NCBI RefSeq assembly: GCF_902805925.1
Contig: NZ_CADCUP010000192.1
Location: 3,830-67,829 of the forward strand
Source of the DNA: an uncultured Nocardioides sp.
Lineage (GTDB): Bacteria > Actinomycetota > Actinomycetes > Propionibacteriales > Nocardioidaceae
Direction: 5' to 3'
Length of the DNA stretch: 64,000 nt
The position numbers were made by a program, and so were the translations under genes. How positions within the stretch are numbered: the stretch's first letter is position 1; every line of letters starts with the position of its first letter. Below are positions 36,789 to 44,944 of the stretch, one piece after another. Under the pieces are notes generated by a model, which worked only from the letters and a program-made list of their open reading frames with translations, made no database searches and had not been told where the DNA came from.

Positions 36789-38051
36789 TCAGCACACCCC
36801 GTCGGTGGGGCGAGGGCGGGAGAGTCCAAAGAACGGGCGGAATCGCAGTCCGATCCAGGTGCCGAGGAGTGCCATGATCCCCCAGATCCAGCCGTGCAGG
36901 CTCATGGAGGCGATCCCGCCCAGGTAGGCCCCGATGTTGCAGCCGTAGGCGAGCCGGGCGCCGTACCCCATCAGCAGTCCGCCGATCACAGCGCCGAGCG
37001 CCAGCCGGCCGGGAATGCGGCGGTGCAGCTTGAAGGCCCCGGCCAACGCGGAGGCGATGAGGGCACCAACCATGATTCCGAAGTTCGTCAGGCTGGTGCT
37101 CTCGGCCAGCACGGATCCACTGAGGACCTCGGCTCGTGGGCCCGACCAAAAGCCCCAGGTGGTTGGGTCGGCCAGTCCCAGGGCGCCCGCAGCCTTCGAT
37201 CCCCAGAGCGCGAACGCCGTGGTCACGCCCCACGGAGCGCCGGAGACCAGCAGGACCCCGAGGTTCAGCACCGCGAGGGCGAGCGCGCCGACCCACAGCG
37301 GCCACGCGCCACGAACCACCCGGGACACGCCGGTCGCGGTCGCCACTGGCTCCACCGGAGGTGGGTTCCTGCGGCGCCCAACGAGCAGTGTCGCGACCGC
37401 GATCAGACCGAGCACGACGAGCGTCGCAGCGAGTCCGCCCACCGTGCCGCCAAAGAGGTCCGACAGGCTGACCGGCCCCATCGAGGGGGTCGCCTCCCAC
37501 CAGTCCATGTGTGCCGCTCCGACGGTGGCACCGATCACAAAGCCACCGAGGGTCAGCAGGATGGACGTGTGACCGCTGCCGACGGCATAAAGGGTGCCGG
37601 ACGCGCAGGCACCGCCGACCTGCATGCCGACCCCGAAGATCGTGGCACCGACGACCACCCCGATGCCCACCGGTGAGACGTACCCCGCAACCGCGGCCCC
37701 CGTCGGGCTGACACCCGCGGCCAGGAACGGCGCGAACAGGATCGCGGTCGCTGCCAGCAGCACCGTGTGGGCGCGCAGCGCCTTGCCCTGCCCCACTGCG
37801 ACGAGCTGCCGCCACGCCGAGGTGAAACCGAACCGGGCATGGAACAACGCGAAGCCCAGGCCCACCCCGAGCAGCAGCAGGGCGGCCTGGGGCACACCCT
37901 GCGTGCGCAGCGTGTAGGCCAGCAACCCGACGGCAATAGCACCACCTACCAGTGCCACTCCTCGCTGGGCCGGTGGTGCCGCGGGTGTCGGCGGCAGCCG
38001 TCGTGGACGTGAGGCGTCGACGGTGCGTTCGGGCTCGGTGTACGTGGACAT
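36789..38051 (-). CDS. YeeE/YedE-family thiosulfate/sulfur-compound transporter
   Basis: The ATG at 38051 (MSTYTEPER) has GGAG 9 nt upstream. It is a multi-helix membrane protein. The two family-typical Cys loops are GMQVGGACASG and RLAYGCNIGA. Confidence 0.8.
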   Translation of the reverse strand: MSTYTEPERTVDASRPRRLPPTPAAPPAQRGVALVGGAIAVGLLAYTLRTQGVPQAALLLLGVGLGFALFHARFGFTSAWRQLVAVGQGKALRAHTVLLAATAILFAPFLAAGVSPTGAAVAGYVSPVGIGVVVGATIFGVGMQVGGACASGTLYAVGSGHTSILLTLGGFVIGATVGAAHMDWWEATPSMGPVSLSDLFGGTVGGLAATLVVLGLIAVATLLVGRRRNPPPVEPVATATGVSRVVRGAWPLWVGALALAVLNLGVLLVSGAPWGVTTAFALWGSKAAGALGLADPTTWGFWSGPRAEVLSGSVLAESTSLTNFGIMVGALIASALAGAFKLHRRIPGRLALGAVIGGLLMGYGARLAYGCNIGAYLGGIASMSLHGWIWGIMALLGTWIGLRFRPFFGLSRPRPTDGVC

Positions 38052-38443
38052 GGAAGAGGACTCCAGACGTGTTGAAACGCGGACGCCTGGCCCAACGCGA
38101 TGCCACTCCGGCAACATTCCCGCCCCGGCTCGTTGGTCTCCGAGGCCCGCAGGCAGTCAACAGTCCACTCGCGCCAGCGCAGCGATCGCCAGGCGCTAAA
38201 GGTGCGGGTGGGCCAGTGGAGCCCGCGCAGCATTCGCATCTCCCAAGTCTCTCGCCTCGCCAAGTCCCCGTACTGTGAGCGCGCTTACCGAGCATCGAGT
38301 CCGATGAGTGAGTCAACCCCTTGCGCCCCCAGCTATTAGCGCCGAGGTCCGGGCATCTGCGTCCACGGCGAGGCCTCCCGACGAGTTCGGTAAAGCAGGG
38401 TCCCTTGGTTAGGCGGTCCTTAGTTAGCCAAACCTTCCTTGTC

Positions 38444-38942
38444 ATGAGCGCTGCGCTGGTCGGTCACGAGCTGGTGCTCGGCTATGCCCGCAGCACGGTC
38501 GTGCGCGGTCGTGCACGGCGTGTCGGTGGGGCTGGAGGCCGGTGTCGTCACCGCCCTCATCGGCCCGAACGCATCTAGCAAGTCCACCGTTCTGCGATCG
38601 CTGGCCCGGCTGCACCCGGTCACCTCCGGGGCGGTGGAGCTCGCCGGCGCTGACAGCGACTCGCTCAGCGCGCGGGCCTTCGCACACCGGGTCACCCTGC
38701 TCTCCCAGTCCCGTCCCCACCCGTCTGGACTGACCGTGCACGACGTGGTCGCGTTCGGGCGGCATCCGCACCGGCGTCGCTTCGCAGCGCTCACCGAGTC
38801 CGACCGGCAGAGCATGGCTCATGCGATGCAGCTGACGGGTACGACGGCTATGGCGGAAAGGCTCACCCGCGAGAATTCCCGGGCGGGTAGGGCAGTCCCG
38901 AGGGACCACGACGTTGACGCGCCAGCTGCGCCGTGGACGTGA
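38444..38942 (+). pseudogene. FepC-like iron-siderophore ABC ATPase, frameshifted and 3'-truncated
   Basis: The ATG at 38444 gives MSAALVGHELVLGYARSTVV. The frame is then lost at a 10-bp tandem duplication (ggtcgtgcgc/ggtcgtgcac, 38497-38516). It resumes in the +1 frame as HGVSVGLEAGVVTALIGPNASSKSTVLRSLARL. Walker A is degenerate and no LSGG, Walker B or H-loop follows. Confidence 0.7.
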
Positions 38943-39124
38943 TCCGGCGTCCGGAACCTCGGTCGGCATACATTGCGCTCAAAGCGCCGCAACTGCACTC
39001 CCCCCAGGCTGGAATCGCGGCCCACGGTTGAGCGAACTGGCGCAACGCCAAAGCGAGCCATAAGGGCCTCAAAGTGAGCCTTAAGGCCAGATGTCGGCTT
39101 TCGACCTGCTGCGCGGGAATCGCA

Positions 39125-40315
39125 TTACCGCAGGTCAGGACCGGTTCTGGTGAACAATGCGACACATTCGACGTGGTGCGTCATCGGGAAGAGGTCGAAG
39201 GCCCGCAGCGCCTCCAGGCGGTAGCCGTGCCCGGCGAAGCTCGCGACGTCGCGGGCCAGCGCGGCCGGGTCGCACGCGACGTACGCCACGGCTCGAGGGG
39301 CGCGGTCGACCACCTGGGCCACGACCCCGGCCCGTGCGCCCTCACGCGGCGGGTCGAGCACCACGAGGTCGAAGGGCTCGTCGAACGACGTCTCGAGCAC
39401 CTGGTCCACGGAGCCGGCCTGCGCCCGCGCCCGCCCGAACCCGGCCAGGTTGAGCCGCGCGTGCCGGGTGGCCTCCCGGTCGCCCTCGACCGCCACGATG
39501 CGGGCGTCCTCCCCCACCCGGTCGCCGAGGAAGCGCGCGAAGAGGCCGACACCGGCGTACAGGTCGAGCACCGACTCACCGGGCTGCGGGTCGAGCAGCT
39601 CGAGCACCGTCTCGACCAGCGCCGTCGGCGCGCCGGGGTGCACCTGCCAGAAGCCGTCGTCGGCGATGCCGAAGTCGTGCGAGGTGCCGGCCGCCACCAC
39701 GGTGCGCGTCGCCGGCACGGGCACGTCGTCGGAGGACCGGTGTCGCAGCGTGATCAGGCAGTCCTCGACGGGCACGACGTCGTGCGAGCGGTGCTTGCGC
39801 AGCCCCTGCCGCCCGTCGGGCGTGCGGACGAAGCGGGTGCGCGTGCGCCACCGCAGTCCGTCGACGTCGCCCGGCACCTGCTCGACGACCAGGTCCGCGA
39901 CCAGGGGGTGATCGGGGTCCAGGTGCGCGAGCCGGACCAGCTGCTCGCGCACCACGGCCGCCTTGAGCGACCGCTGCGCCGGCACGGCGACGTGCTGGAA
40001 GTCGCAGCCGCCGCAGAGGCCGGGACCGGCCACCGGGCACGGCGCGTCGACACGGTCGGGAGATGCCTCCAGCACCTCGACGGCGTCGCCGCGCCAGAAC
40101 CGGTCGCCGTCGGTGCCCTCGGTGATCTCGAGGACCACGCGCTCGCCCGGGACGGCGTGCCGGGTGAAGACCACCCGGGACTCCGGCTCGGGCAGCCGCA
40201 CGATGCAGTGGCCACCGTGGGCGACCGGGCCCACGAGCGCCTCGAAGCGCTGCCCGACGCGCGACTCCCCGCGCGGCACGCGGCGGCGGGGACGGCGCTG
40301 CCGGCCACGGGTCAT
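39125..40315 (-). CDS. class I SAM-dependent RNA (uracil-5-) methyltransferase, TrmA/RumA family with TRAM domain
   Basis: It has an N-terminal TRAM-like domain (GQRFEALVGPVAHGGHCIVRL), the SAM motif VLDLYAGVGLFA and the C-terminal catalytic region YVACDPAALARD. It sits in the same position as the methyltransferase next to the APC/trkA genes in mycobacteria. Confidence 0.85.
   Translation of the reverse strand: MTRGRQRRPRRRVPRGESRVGQRFEALVGPVAHGGHCIVRLPEPESRVVFTRHAVPGERVVLEITEGTDGDRFWRGDAVEVLEASPDRVDAPCPVAGPGLCGGCDFQHVAVPAQRSLKAAVVREQLVRLAHLDPDHPLVADLVVEQVPGDVDGLRWRTRTRFVRTPDGRQGLRKHRSHDVVPVEDCLITLRHRSSDDVPVPATRTVVAAGTSHDFGIADDGFWQVHPGAPTALVETVLELLDPQPGESVLDLYAGVGLFARFLGDRVGEDARIVAVEGDREATRHARLNLAGFGRARAQAGSVDQVLETSFDEPFDLVVLDPPREGARAGVVAQVVDRAPRAVAYVACDPAALARDVASFAGHGYRLEALRAFDLFPMTHHVECVALFTRTGPDLR
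39127..39190 (-). repeat. att-like direct repeat, right copy (functional 3' end of the RNA methyltransferase gene)
   Basis: See 36078-36141. The 31-nt identical core is cgacacattcgacgtggtgcgtcatcgggaa, at 39160-39190 and 36111-36141. Confidence 0.85.
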
Positions 40316-42363
40316 CGCCCGCTCCTATCCCTGCGGGCGTCCGGGCGCCGGATCCGGCCGCGTCTCAGGTCACCGGCCTTGACCCGGTCGTCGGAGCGCC
40401 GGTCGCGATCCCGGGCGATCTGGGAGGAGCGCAGCTGGAAGGGCACGGACGTCACCATCACCCCGGGGGCGAACAGCAGCCGCCCCTTGAGGCGCAGGGC
40501 GGTCTGGTTGTGGAGCAGCTGCTCCCACCAGCGGCCCACGACGTACTCGGGGATGTAGACGGCCACGACGCCGCGCGGGTTGGAGCGGCGGATCTCCCGG
40601 GCGTACTCGACGATCGGCCGCACGACCTCGCGGTACGGCGAGTGCAGGACCTTGAGCGGGAGGTCGAGGCGTCGCTCGTCCCACTCCTCGAGCAGGCGGT
40701 AGGTCGCCGCGGCGTCGATGTCGACGTACACCGCCTCGAGCACGTTGGGCCGCGTCGCCCTGGCGAAGGCCAGCGCCCGCAGCGTGGGCTTGTGCAGCTT
40801 GCTCACCAGGACGATCGCGTGCACGCGCGTCGGCATCACGCGGTCCTCCTCGTCGGCGGCCAGCTCGAGGGCGACCTGGTCGTAGTGCCGGGCGATGCCC
40901 TGCATCAGCACGAAGAAGAAGCCCAGGGCGAGGATCGTGATCCAGGCGCCCGCGAGGAACTTGGTGATGACCACGATCACCAGCACCACCGCGGTGAGGC
41001 CGAGGCCGAAGGTGTTGATCGCGCGCGAGCGCATCATCCGTCGCCGTTCGGCGGGGTCGCGCTCGGTGCCGAGGTGGCGGGTCCAGTGCCGGATCATGCC
41101 GAGCTGGCTGAGGTTGAAGGAGACGAAGACGCCGACGATGTAGAGCTGGATCAGCCGGGTGGTCTCGGCCCCGAAGACCCAGATCAGGAGCGCGGACATC
41201 GCTGCCAGGAACACGATGCCGTTGCTGTACGCCAGCCGGTCGCCGCGCGAGGCCAGTGAGCGCGGCGCCAGACCGTCCTGGGCCAGGATCGAGCCCAGCA
41301 CCGGGAAGCCGTTGAACGCGGTGTTGGCGGCGAGCACCAGGATGATCCCGGTCACCGTCACCACGAAGTAGAACCCGGGCGGGAAGTGGTCGAAGACCCC
41401 GTTGGCGATCTGGGAGATGACGGGGTGCTGCTCGTAGCTGTCCGGCAGCGCGTTCCCCGCCTCCGTGCGCAGCCGGTCCAGCTCGAGGGGGTCGACGTAC
41501 CGGATCGTCATCTGCTCGGCCAGCACGATGACGCTCATCATCATGCTGATGGAGATGAGGCCGAGGAGCAGCAGCGTGGTGGCGGCGTTGCGGCTCTTGG
41601 GCCGCTTGAAGGCCGGGACGCCGTTGGAGATGGCCTCCACGCCGGTCAGCGCGGCGCAGCCCGACGAGAAGGCGCGCGCCAGCAGGAAGAACAGCGCGAC
41701 CTGCGTCAGCGGCCCCTCCCAGCCCTCCTGCGGCCGGATGTCGAGGGAGGCGCTCTCGGCGTCGGGCAGGTCGCCGGCCAGCAGGCGCAGCAGGCCGTAG
41801 GCGCACATGCCGAGGATGCCGGCCATGAAGAGGTACGTCGGCACCGCGAACAACGTGCCCGACTCCCGCACCCCGCGCAGGTTCAGCGCCGCCAGGAGCG
41901 CCACGGCGAGGCACCCGATCGTCGCCTCGTGGCCGATCAGGAACGGCAGCGCCCCGGCGGCGTACTGCGCGGCCGCGGAGATCGACACCGCCACCGTCAG
42001 CACGTAGTCGACGAGCAGGGCGCTGCCGACCGTGATGCCCGCCGTGCGGCCCAGGTTGACCATCGCCACCTCGTAGTCGCCGCCCCCCGAGGGGTAGGCG
42101 TGCACGGTCTGCCGGTAGGACGCGACGACCGTCAGCATCACCAGCGCGACCGCGAGGCCGATCTTCCACGACCAGGTGTACGCCGAGGCCCCGGCGACCG
42201 CCAGCATGATGAACACCTCGTCGGGCGCGTAGGCGACCGAGGAGAGCGCATCGCTGGCGAACACCGGAAGTGCGATCCGCTTGGGCAGGAGCGTCTCCCC
42301 CAGCTGGGAGCTGCGCAGCTTGCGACCGAGCAGGATGCGCTTGGAAACGTCGCCGACACCCAC
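40312..42363 (-). CDS. APC-superfamily permease with C-terminal cytoplasmic domain
   Basis: The sequence ALSSVAYAPDEVF...YPSGGGDYEV... and 12 or more helices fit the family. Its stop overlaps the methyltransferase start. The start is uncertain (GTG 42363 or TTG 42372). The 798-aa track ORF extends antisense into trkA. Confidence 0.78.
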   Translation of the reverse strand: MGVGDVSKRILLGRKLRSSQLGETLLPKRIALPVFASDALSSVAYAPDEVFIMLAVAGASAYTWSWKIGLAVALVMLTVVASYRQTVHAYPSGGGDYEVAMVNLGRTAGITVGSALLVDYVLTVAVSISAAAQYAAGALPFLIGHEATIGCLAVALLAALNLRGVRESGTLFAVPTYLFMAGILGMCAYGLLRLLAGDLPDAESASLDIRPQEGWEGPLTQVALFFLLARAFSSGCAALTGVEAISNGVPAFKRPKSRNAATTLLLLGLISISMMMSVIVLAEQMTIRYVDPLELDRLRTEAGNALPDSYEQHPVISQIANGVFDHFPPGFYFVVTVTGIILVLAANTAFNGFPVLGSILAQDGLAPRSLASRGDRLAYSNGIVFLAAMSALLIWVFGAETTRLIQLYIVGVFVSFNLSQLGMIRHWTRHLGTERDPAERRRMMRSRAINTFGLGLTAVVLVIVVITKFLAGAWITILALGFFFVLMQGIARHYDQVALELAADEEDRVMPTRVHAIVLVSKLHKPTLRALAFARATRPNVLEAVYVDIDAAATYRLLEEWDERRLDLPLKVLHSPYREVVRPIVEYAREIRRSNPRGVVAVYIPEYVVGRWWEQLLHNQTALRLKGRLLFAPGVMVTSVPFQLRSSQIARDRDRRSDDRVKAGDLRRGRIRRPDARRDRSGR

Positions 42364-42433
42364 GAGCGGCAAGGCTAGACCCCACCTGGTCGCGCGCGCG
42401 CAACGCGCGCGGGACTGGGATACGGTTTCACCT

Positions 42434-43096
42434 GTGCACGTCTTGATCATGGGCTGCGGCCGGGTCGGCTCGACCCTCGCGCGCTCGCTGGAGGACCGCA
42501 ACCACACCGTCTCGGTGATCGACAGCGACCCCGACGCCTTCCGGCGGCTGGGACCCTCGTTCAACGGCGACAAGATCACCGGGTACGGCTTCGACCACGA
42601 GGTCCTGGAGAAGGCCGGCATCCGGCGCGCCGACGCGTTCGCGGCCGTCTCCAGCGGCGACAACTCCAACATCATCGCCGCCCGCGTGGCGCGCGAGACC
42701 TTCGGCATCCAGCAGGTCGTGGCGCGGATCTACGACCCCGGTCGTGCGGAGGTCTACCAGCGGCTGGGCATCACGACCGTCGCCACGGTCAAGTGGACCG
42801 CCGACCAGGTGCTGCGCCGGATCCTGCCCGCCGGCGCCGAGCCCGACTTCCGCGACCCCTCGGGCACGATCCGCGTCGACCAGGTGCCCGTGACGGAGGT
42901 GTGGATCGGCCACCGCACCGTCCACCTCCAGGAGCAGACGCGCTGTCGGATCGCCTGGATCGACCGGCTCGGCGAGGGCATGCTGCCCACCCGCGACTCC
43001 GTCATCCAGGAGGGCGACCTGCTCCACCTCGTGATGCGCGAGGAGCACGCCGCCCACGCCTACGCCCAGCTCGATGCCGGCCCCGAGGAGATCTGA
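42434..43096 (+). CDS. trkA: TrkA-family potassium uptake protein (RCK N+C domains)
   Basis: The GTG at 42434 gives VHVLIMGCGRVGSTLARSLEDRNH, a Rossmann GxGxxG motif. Length is 220 aa. Confidence 0.85.
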   Translation: MHVLIMGCGRVGSTLARSLEDRNHTVSVIDSDPDAFRRLGPSFNGDKITGYGFDHEVLEKAGIRRADAFAAVSSGDNSNIIAARVARETFGIQQVVARIYDPGRAEVYQRLGITTVATVKWTADQVLRRILPAGAEPDFRDPSGTIRVDQVPVTEVWIGHRTVHLQEQTRCRIAWIDRLGEGMLPTRDSVIQEGDLLHLVMREEHAAHAYAQLDAGPEEI

Positions 43097-43761
43097 TGCG
43101 TGTCGCCATCGCCGGAGCGGGCGCCGTGGGGCGCTCCATCGCCCGCGAGCTCATCGACAACGGGCACGACGTCCTGCTGATCGACAAGAACCCCTCGGCG
43201 GTGAAGCCGGAGCGGGTGGCCAACGCCGAGTGGCTGCTGGCGGACTCCTGCGAGCTGTCCTCCCTGGAGGAGGCCCGGCTCGACCGCTGCGACGTGGTCA
43301 TCGCCGCCACCGGCGACGACAAGGTCAACCTGGTGACCTCCCTGCTCGCCAAGACCGAGTTCGGCGTGCCCCGCACCGTCGGGCGGGTGAACCACCCCAA
43401 CAACGAGTGGCTGTTCACCGAGGCGTGGGGCGTCGACGTCAACGTCTCGACCCCGCGCATCATGTCGGCGCTCGTCGAGGAGGCCGTCACGGTCGGCGAC
43501 CTCGTCCGGCTGTTCACCTTCCGTCGCGGCAACGCCAACCTGGTCGAGATGACGTTGCCCGAGGACTCGCCGTACGTCGGCAAGCCCACCGGGCTCATCC
43601 CCTTCCCGGAGAACTGCTCGCTGGTGACCATCCTGCGCGACGGGCAGGTCTACACCCCCGGCCCGCAGCAGCCGGTCGAGGCGGGCGACGAGCTGCTCTT
43701 CGTGGTGGCGGCGGACGTGGAGAACGAGCTCGAGAGCCTGCTCTCGCCGACCCAGCACTGA
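43096..43761 (+). CDS. trkA: TrkA-family potassium uptake protein, second paralogue
   Basis: The ATG overlaps the previous stop by 1 nt. The N-terminus is MRVAIAGAGAVGRSIARELIDNGHDV. Length is 221 aa. Confidence 0.85.
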   Translation: MRVAIAGAGAVGRSIARELIDNGHDVLLIDKNPSAVKPERVANAEWLLADSCELSSLEEARLDRCDVVIAATGDDKVNLVTSLLAKTEFGVPRTVGRVNHPNNEWLFTEAWGVDVNVSTPRIMSALVEEAVTVGDLVRLFTFRRGNANLVEMTLPEDSPYVGKPTGLIPFPENCSLVTILRDGQVYTPGPQQPVEAGDELLFVVAADVENELESLLSPTQH

Positions 43762-43858
43762 GGGGGAGGCCGGGTCGGGATCCCCGGATATCCGGGGATC
43801 GCCTCGGTTGGTAGCCGTTGCAACCCCGGCAAACCGCGAGAAGCGACAGCGAACCTCA
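43759..43858. repeat. mosaic intergenic repeat, copy 1 (perfect 22-nt palindrome + 32-nt hairpin module)
   Basis: It fills the spacer between the convergent stops at 43759-61 and 43856-58. The palindrome GATCCCCGGATATCCGGGGATC lies at 43779-43800. The hairpin module CGGTTGGTAGCCGTTGCAACCCCGGCAAACCG lies at 43805-43836. The element recurs at 56912-57006. Confidence 0.9.
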
Positions 43859-44584
43859 GGCCGGCTCGGGCTCCCCGGGCCCCGCCAGCGGCGTGTGGTT
43901 GCGCGCCAGCAGCCACACCATCCCGGCCAGGGTGGCCAGCTGCAGCGGCCAGCCGAGGCCGATCTTGAGCACCCCGAGCAGGGCCACGGCGGTGTCGGCG
44001 TCCCACGACCCCGACTTCCCGGCCAGCCAGATGGGCGCCTGGACCGCGACGCGCAGCACGCAGGGCAGCGCCAGCATCCAGGTCAGCGCGGTGCACAGGC
44101 GCACCACCTGGCGGTCGCGGTGCCAGGCGGTCGCGTCGCCGGTGACGGAGCCGACCATGAACCCCACGATCGGCCAGCCGACCAGGCACGTGGCCGCGAG
44201 CAGGACGGCGTACCCCGAGTTGTAGAGGATGCCGGGCAGGAAGTAGGCGAGTGCCTGGTCGTCGGCGCTGCCGCCGGACGCGGCCGAGCGCTGCACGAAG
44301 AACCAGCCGATGCCGATGCCGAGCAGCGCGTTGACGCAGAACTGCACCGTCGAGCGCTGCACCAGGCGCACGACGAGCAGGGCGGCGGCGGCGCCGACGC
44401 TGACGGACAGCGCGAGCCGCAGCTCCTTGGTGCTCAGCCACAGGACCGTGAACAGGATCGTCGGGACGGCGGCCTCGACCATCCCGCGGCGGCCGCCGAG
44501 GGCCTGCGAGAGCTGCTTGCGGACCACGGCCTCGACGGTGTCCACGGAGGCCGGGTCGCTGGGGCGGGAGGGCGTCGCGGTCAC
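43856..44584 (-). CDS. DUF3159-like integral membrane protein
   Basis: The GTG at 44584 overlaps the upstream stop (GTGA). It has 6 or more helices. It occupies the conserved actinobacterial position next to the trkA pair. The family name is recalled, not searched. Confidence 0.7.
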   Translation of the reverse strand: MTATPSRPSDPASVDTVEAVVRKQLSQALGGRRGMVEAAVPTILFTVLWLSTKELRLALSVSVGAAAALLVVRLVQRSTVQFCVNALLGIGIGWFFVQRSAASGGSADDQALAYFLPGILYNSGYAVLLAATCLVGWPIVGFMVGSVTGDATAWHRDRQVVRLCTALTWMLALPCVLRVAVQAPIWLAGKSGSWDADTAVALLGVLKIGLGWPLQLATLAGMVWLLARNHTPLAGPGEPEPA

Positions 44585-44943
44585 GGCAGCAGCTCGTAAC
44601 GGGGGTTGTAGATCACCCGGTGGCCGCCGTGGGTGCCGATGCGGCCCTCGACGCGCAGCGACCGGCCGGGCACGATGCCGGCGATCCGCCGTCGGCCCAG
44701 CCACACCACCGTGATGGTGCCGGAGCCGTCGTCGAGGTCCGCCTCGAGGGCCGGCACCCCGCCGCGGGGGCGGAGGGTGACCGTGCGCAGCATGCCTCGC
44801 AGCCGCACCCGCTGCCGGTCGGGAGCATCGGAGATGCACAGCTCCCCGGCCTGCACGTGGGTCTGGCGCAGGTGCTTGATCTCCGCCTCGGAGCTGTTGG
44901 CCCAGCGGCTGATGGTGGCGCGCAACCGGCCCCTCTCGGCCAC
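44581..44943 (-). CDS. OB-fold nucleic-acid-binding domain protein
   Basis: 120 aa. RVRLRGMLRTVTLRPRGGVPALEADLDDGSGTITVVWLGRR fits an OB-fold anticodon-binding-like pattern. The neighbourhood is conserved. Confidence 0.65.
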   Translation of the reverse strand: MAERGRLRATISRWANSSEAEIKHLRQTHVQAGELCISDAPDRQRVRLRGMLRTVTLRPRGGVPALEADLDDGSGTITVVWLGRRRIAGIVPGRSLRVEGRIGTHGGHRVIYNPRYELLP

Positions 44944-44944
44944 G

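Noticed and set aside
38405-38436. An IdeR/DtxR-type iron box upstream of the FepC-like pseudogene.
   Set aside because: The match to TTAGGTTAGGCTAACCTAA is only 13/19 ungapped, or 14/19 with a 1-nt gap that would break the dyad spacing. I mention it in a finding but do not list it as a feature.
38052-38443. A possible riboswitch (cobalamin, SAM) or leader in the ~390-nt region between yeeE and the ABC pseudogene.
   Set aside because: I could not find a B12 box (consensus around AGYCMGGAGACCKGCC / GCCACUG) or SAM-I core elements on either strand. This is only a by-eye inspection, so a CM scan is still worthwhile.
36078-39190. A search for an integrase, recombinase, excisionase or transposase inside or next to the islet.
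   Set aside because: No ORF or frame-shifted fragment with R..HxxR..Y, serine-recombinase or DDE-like motifs was visible on either strand. The island is therefore reported as a recombinase-less remnant rather than as a mobile element.
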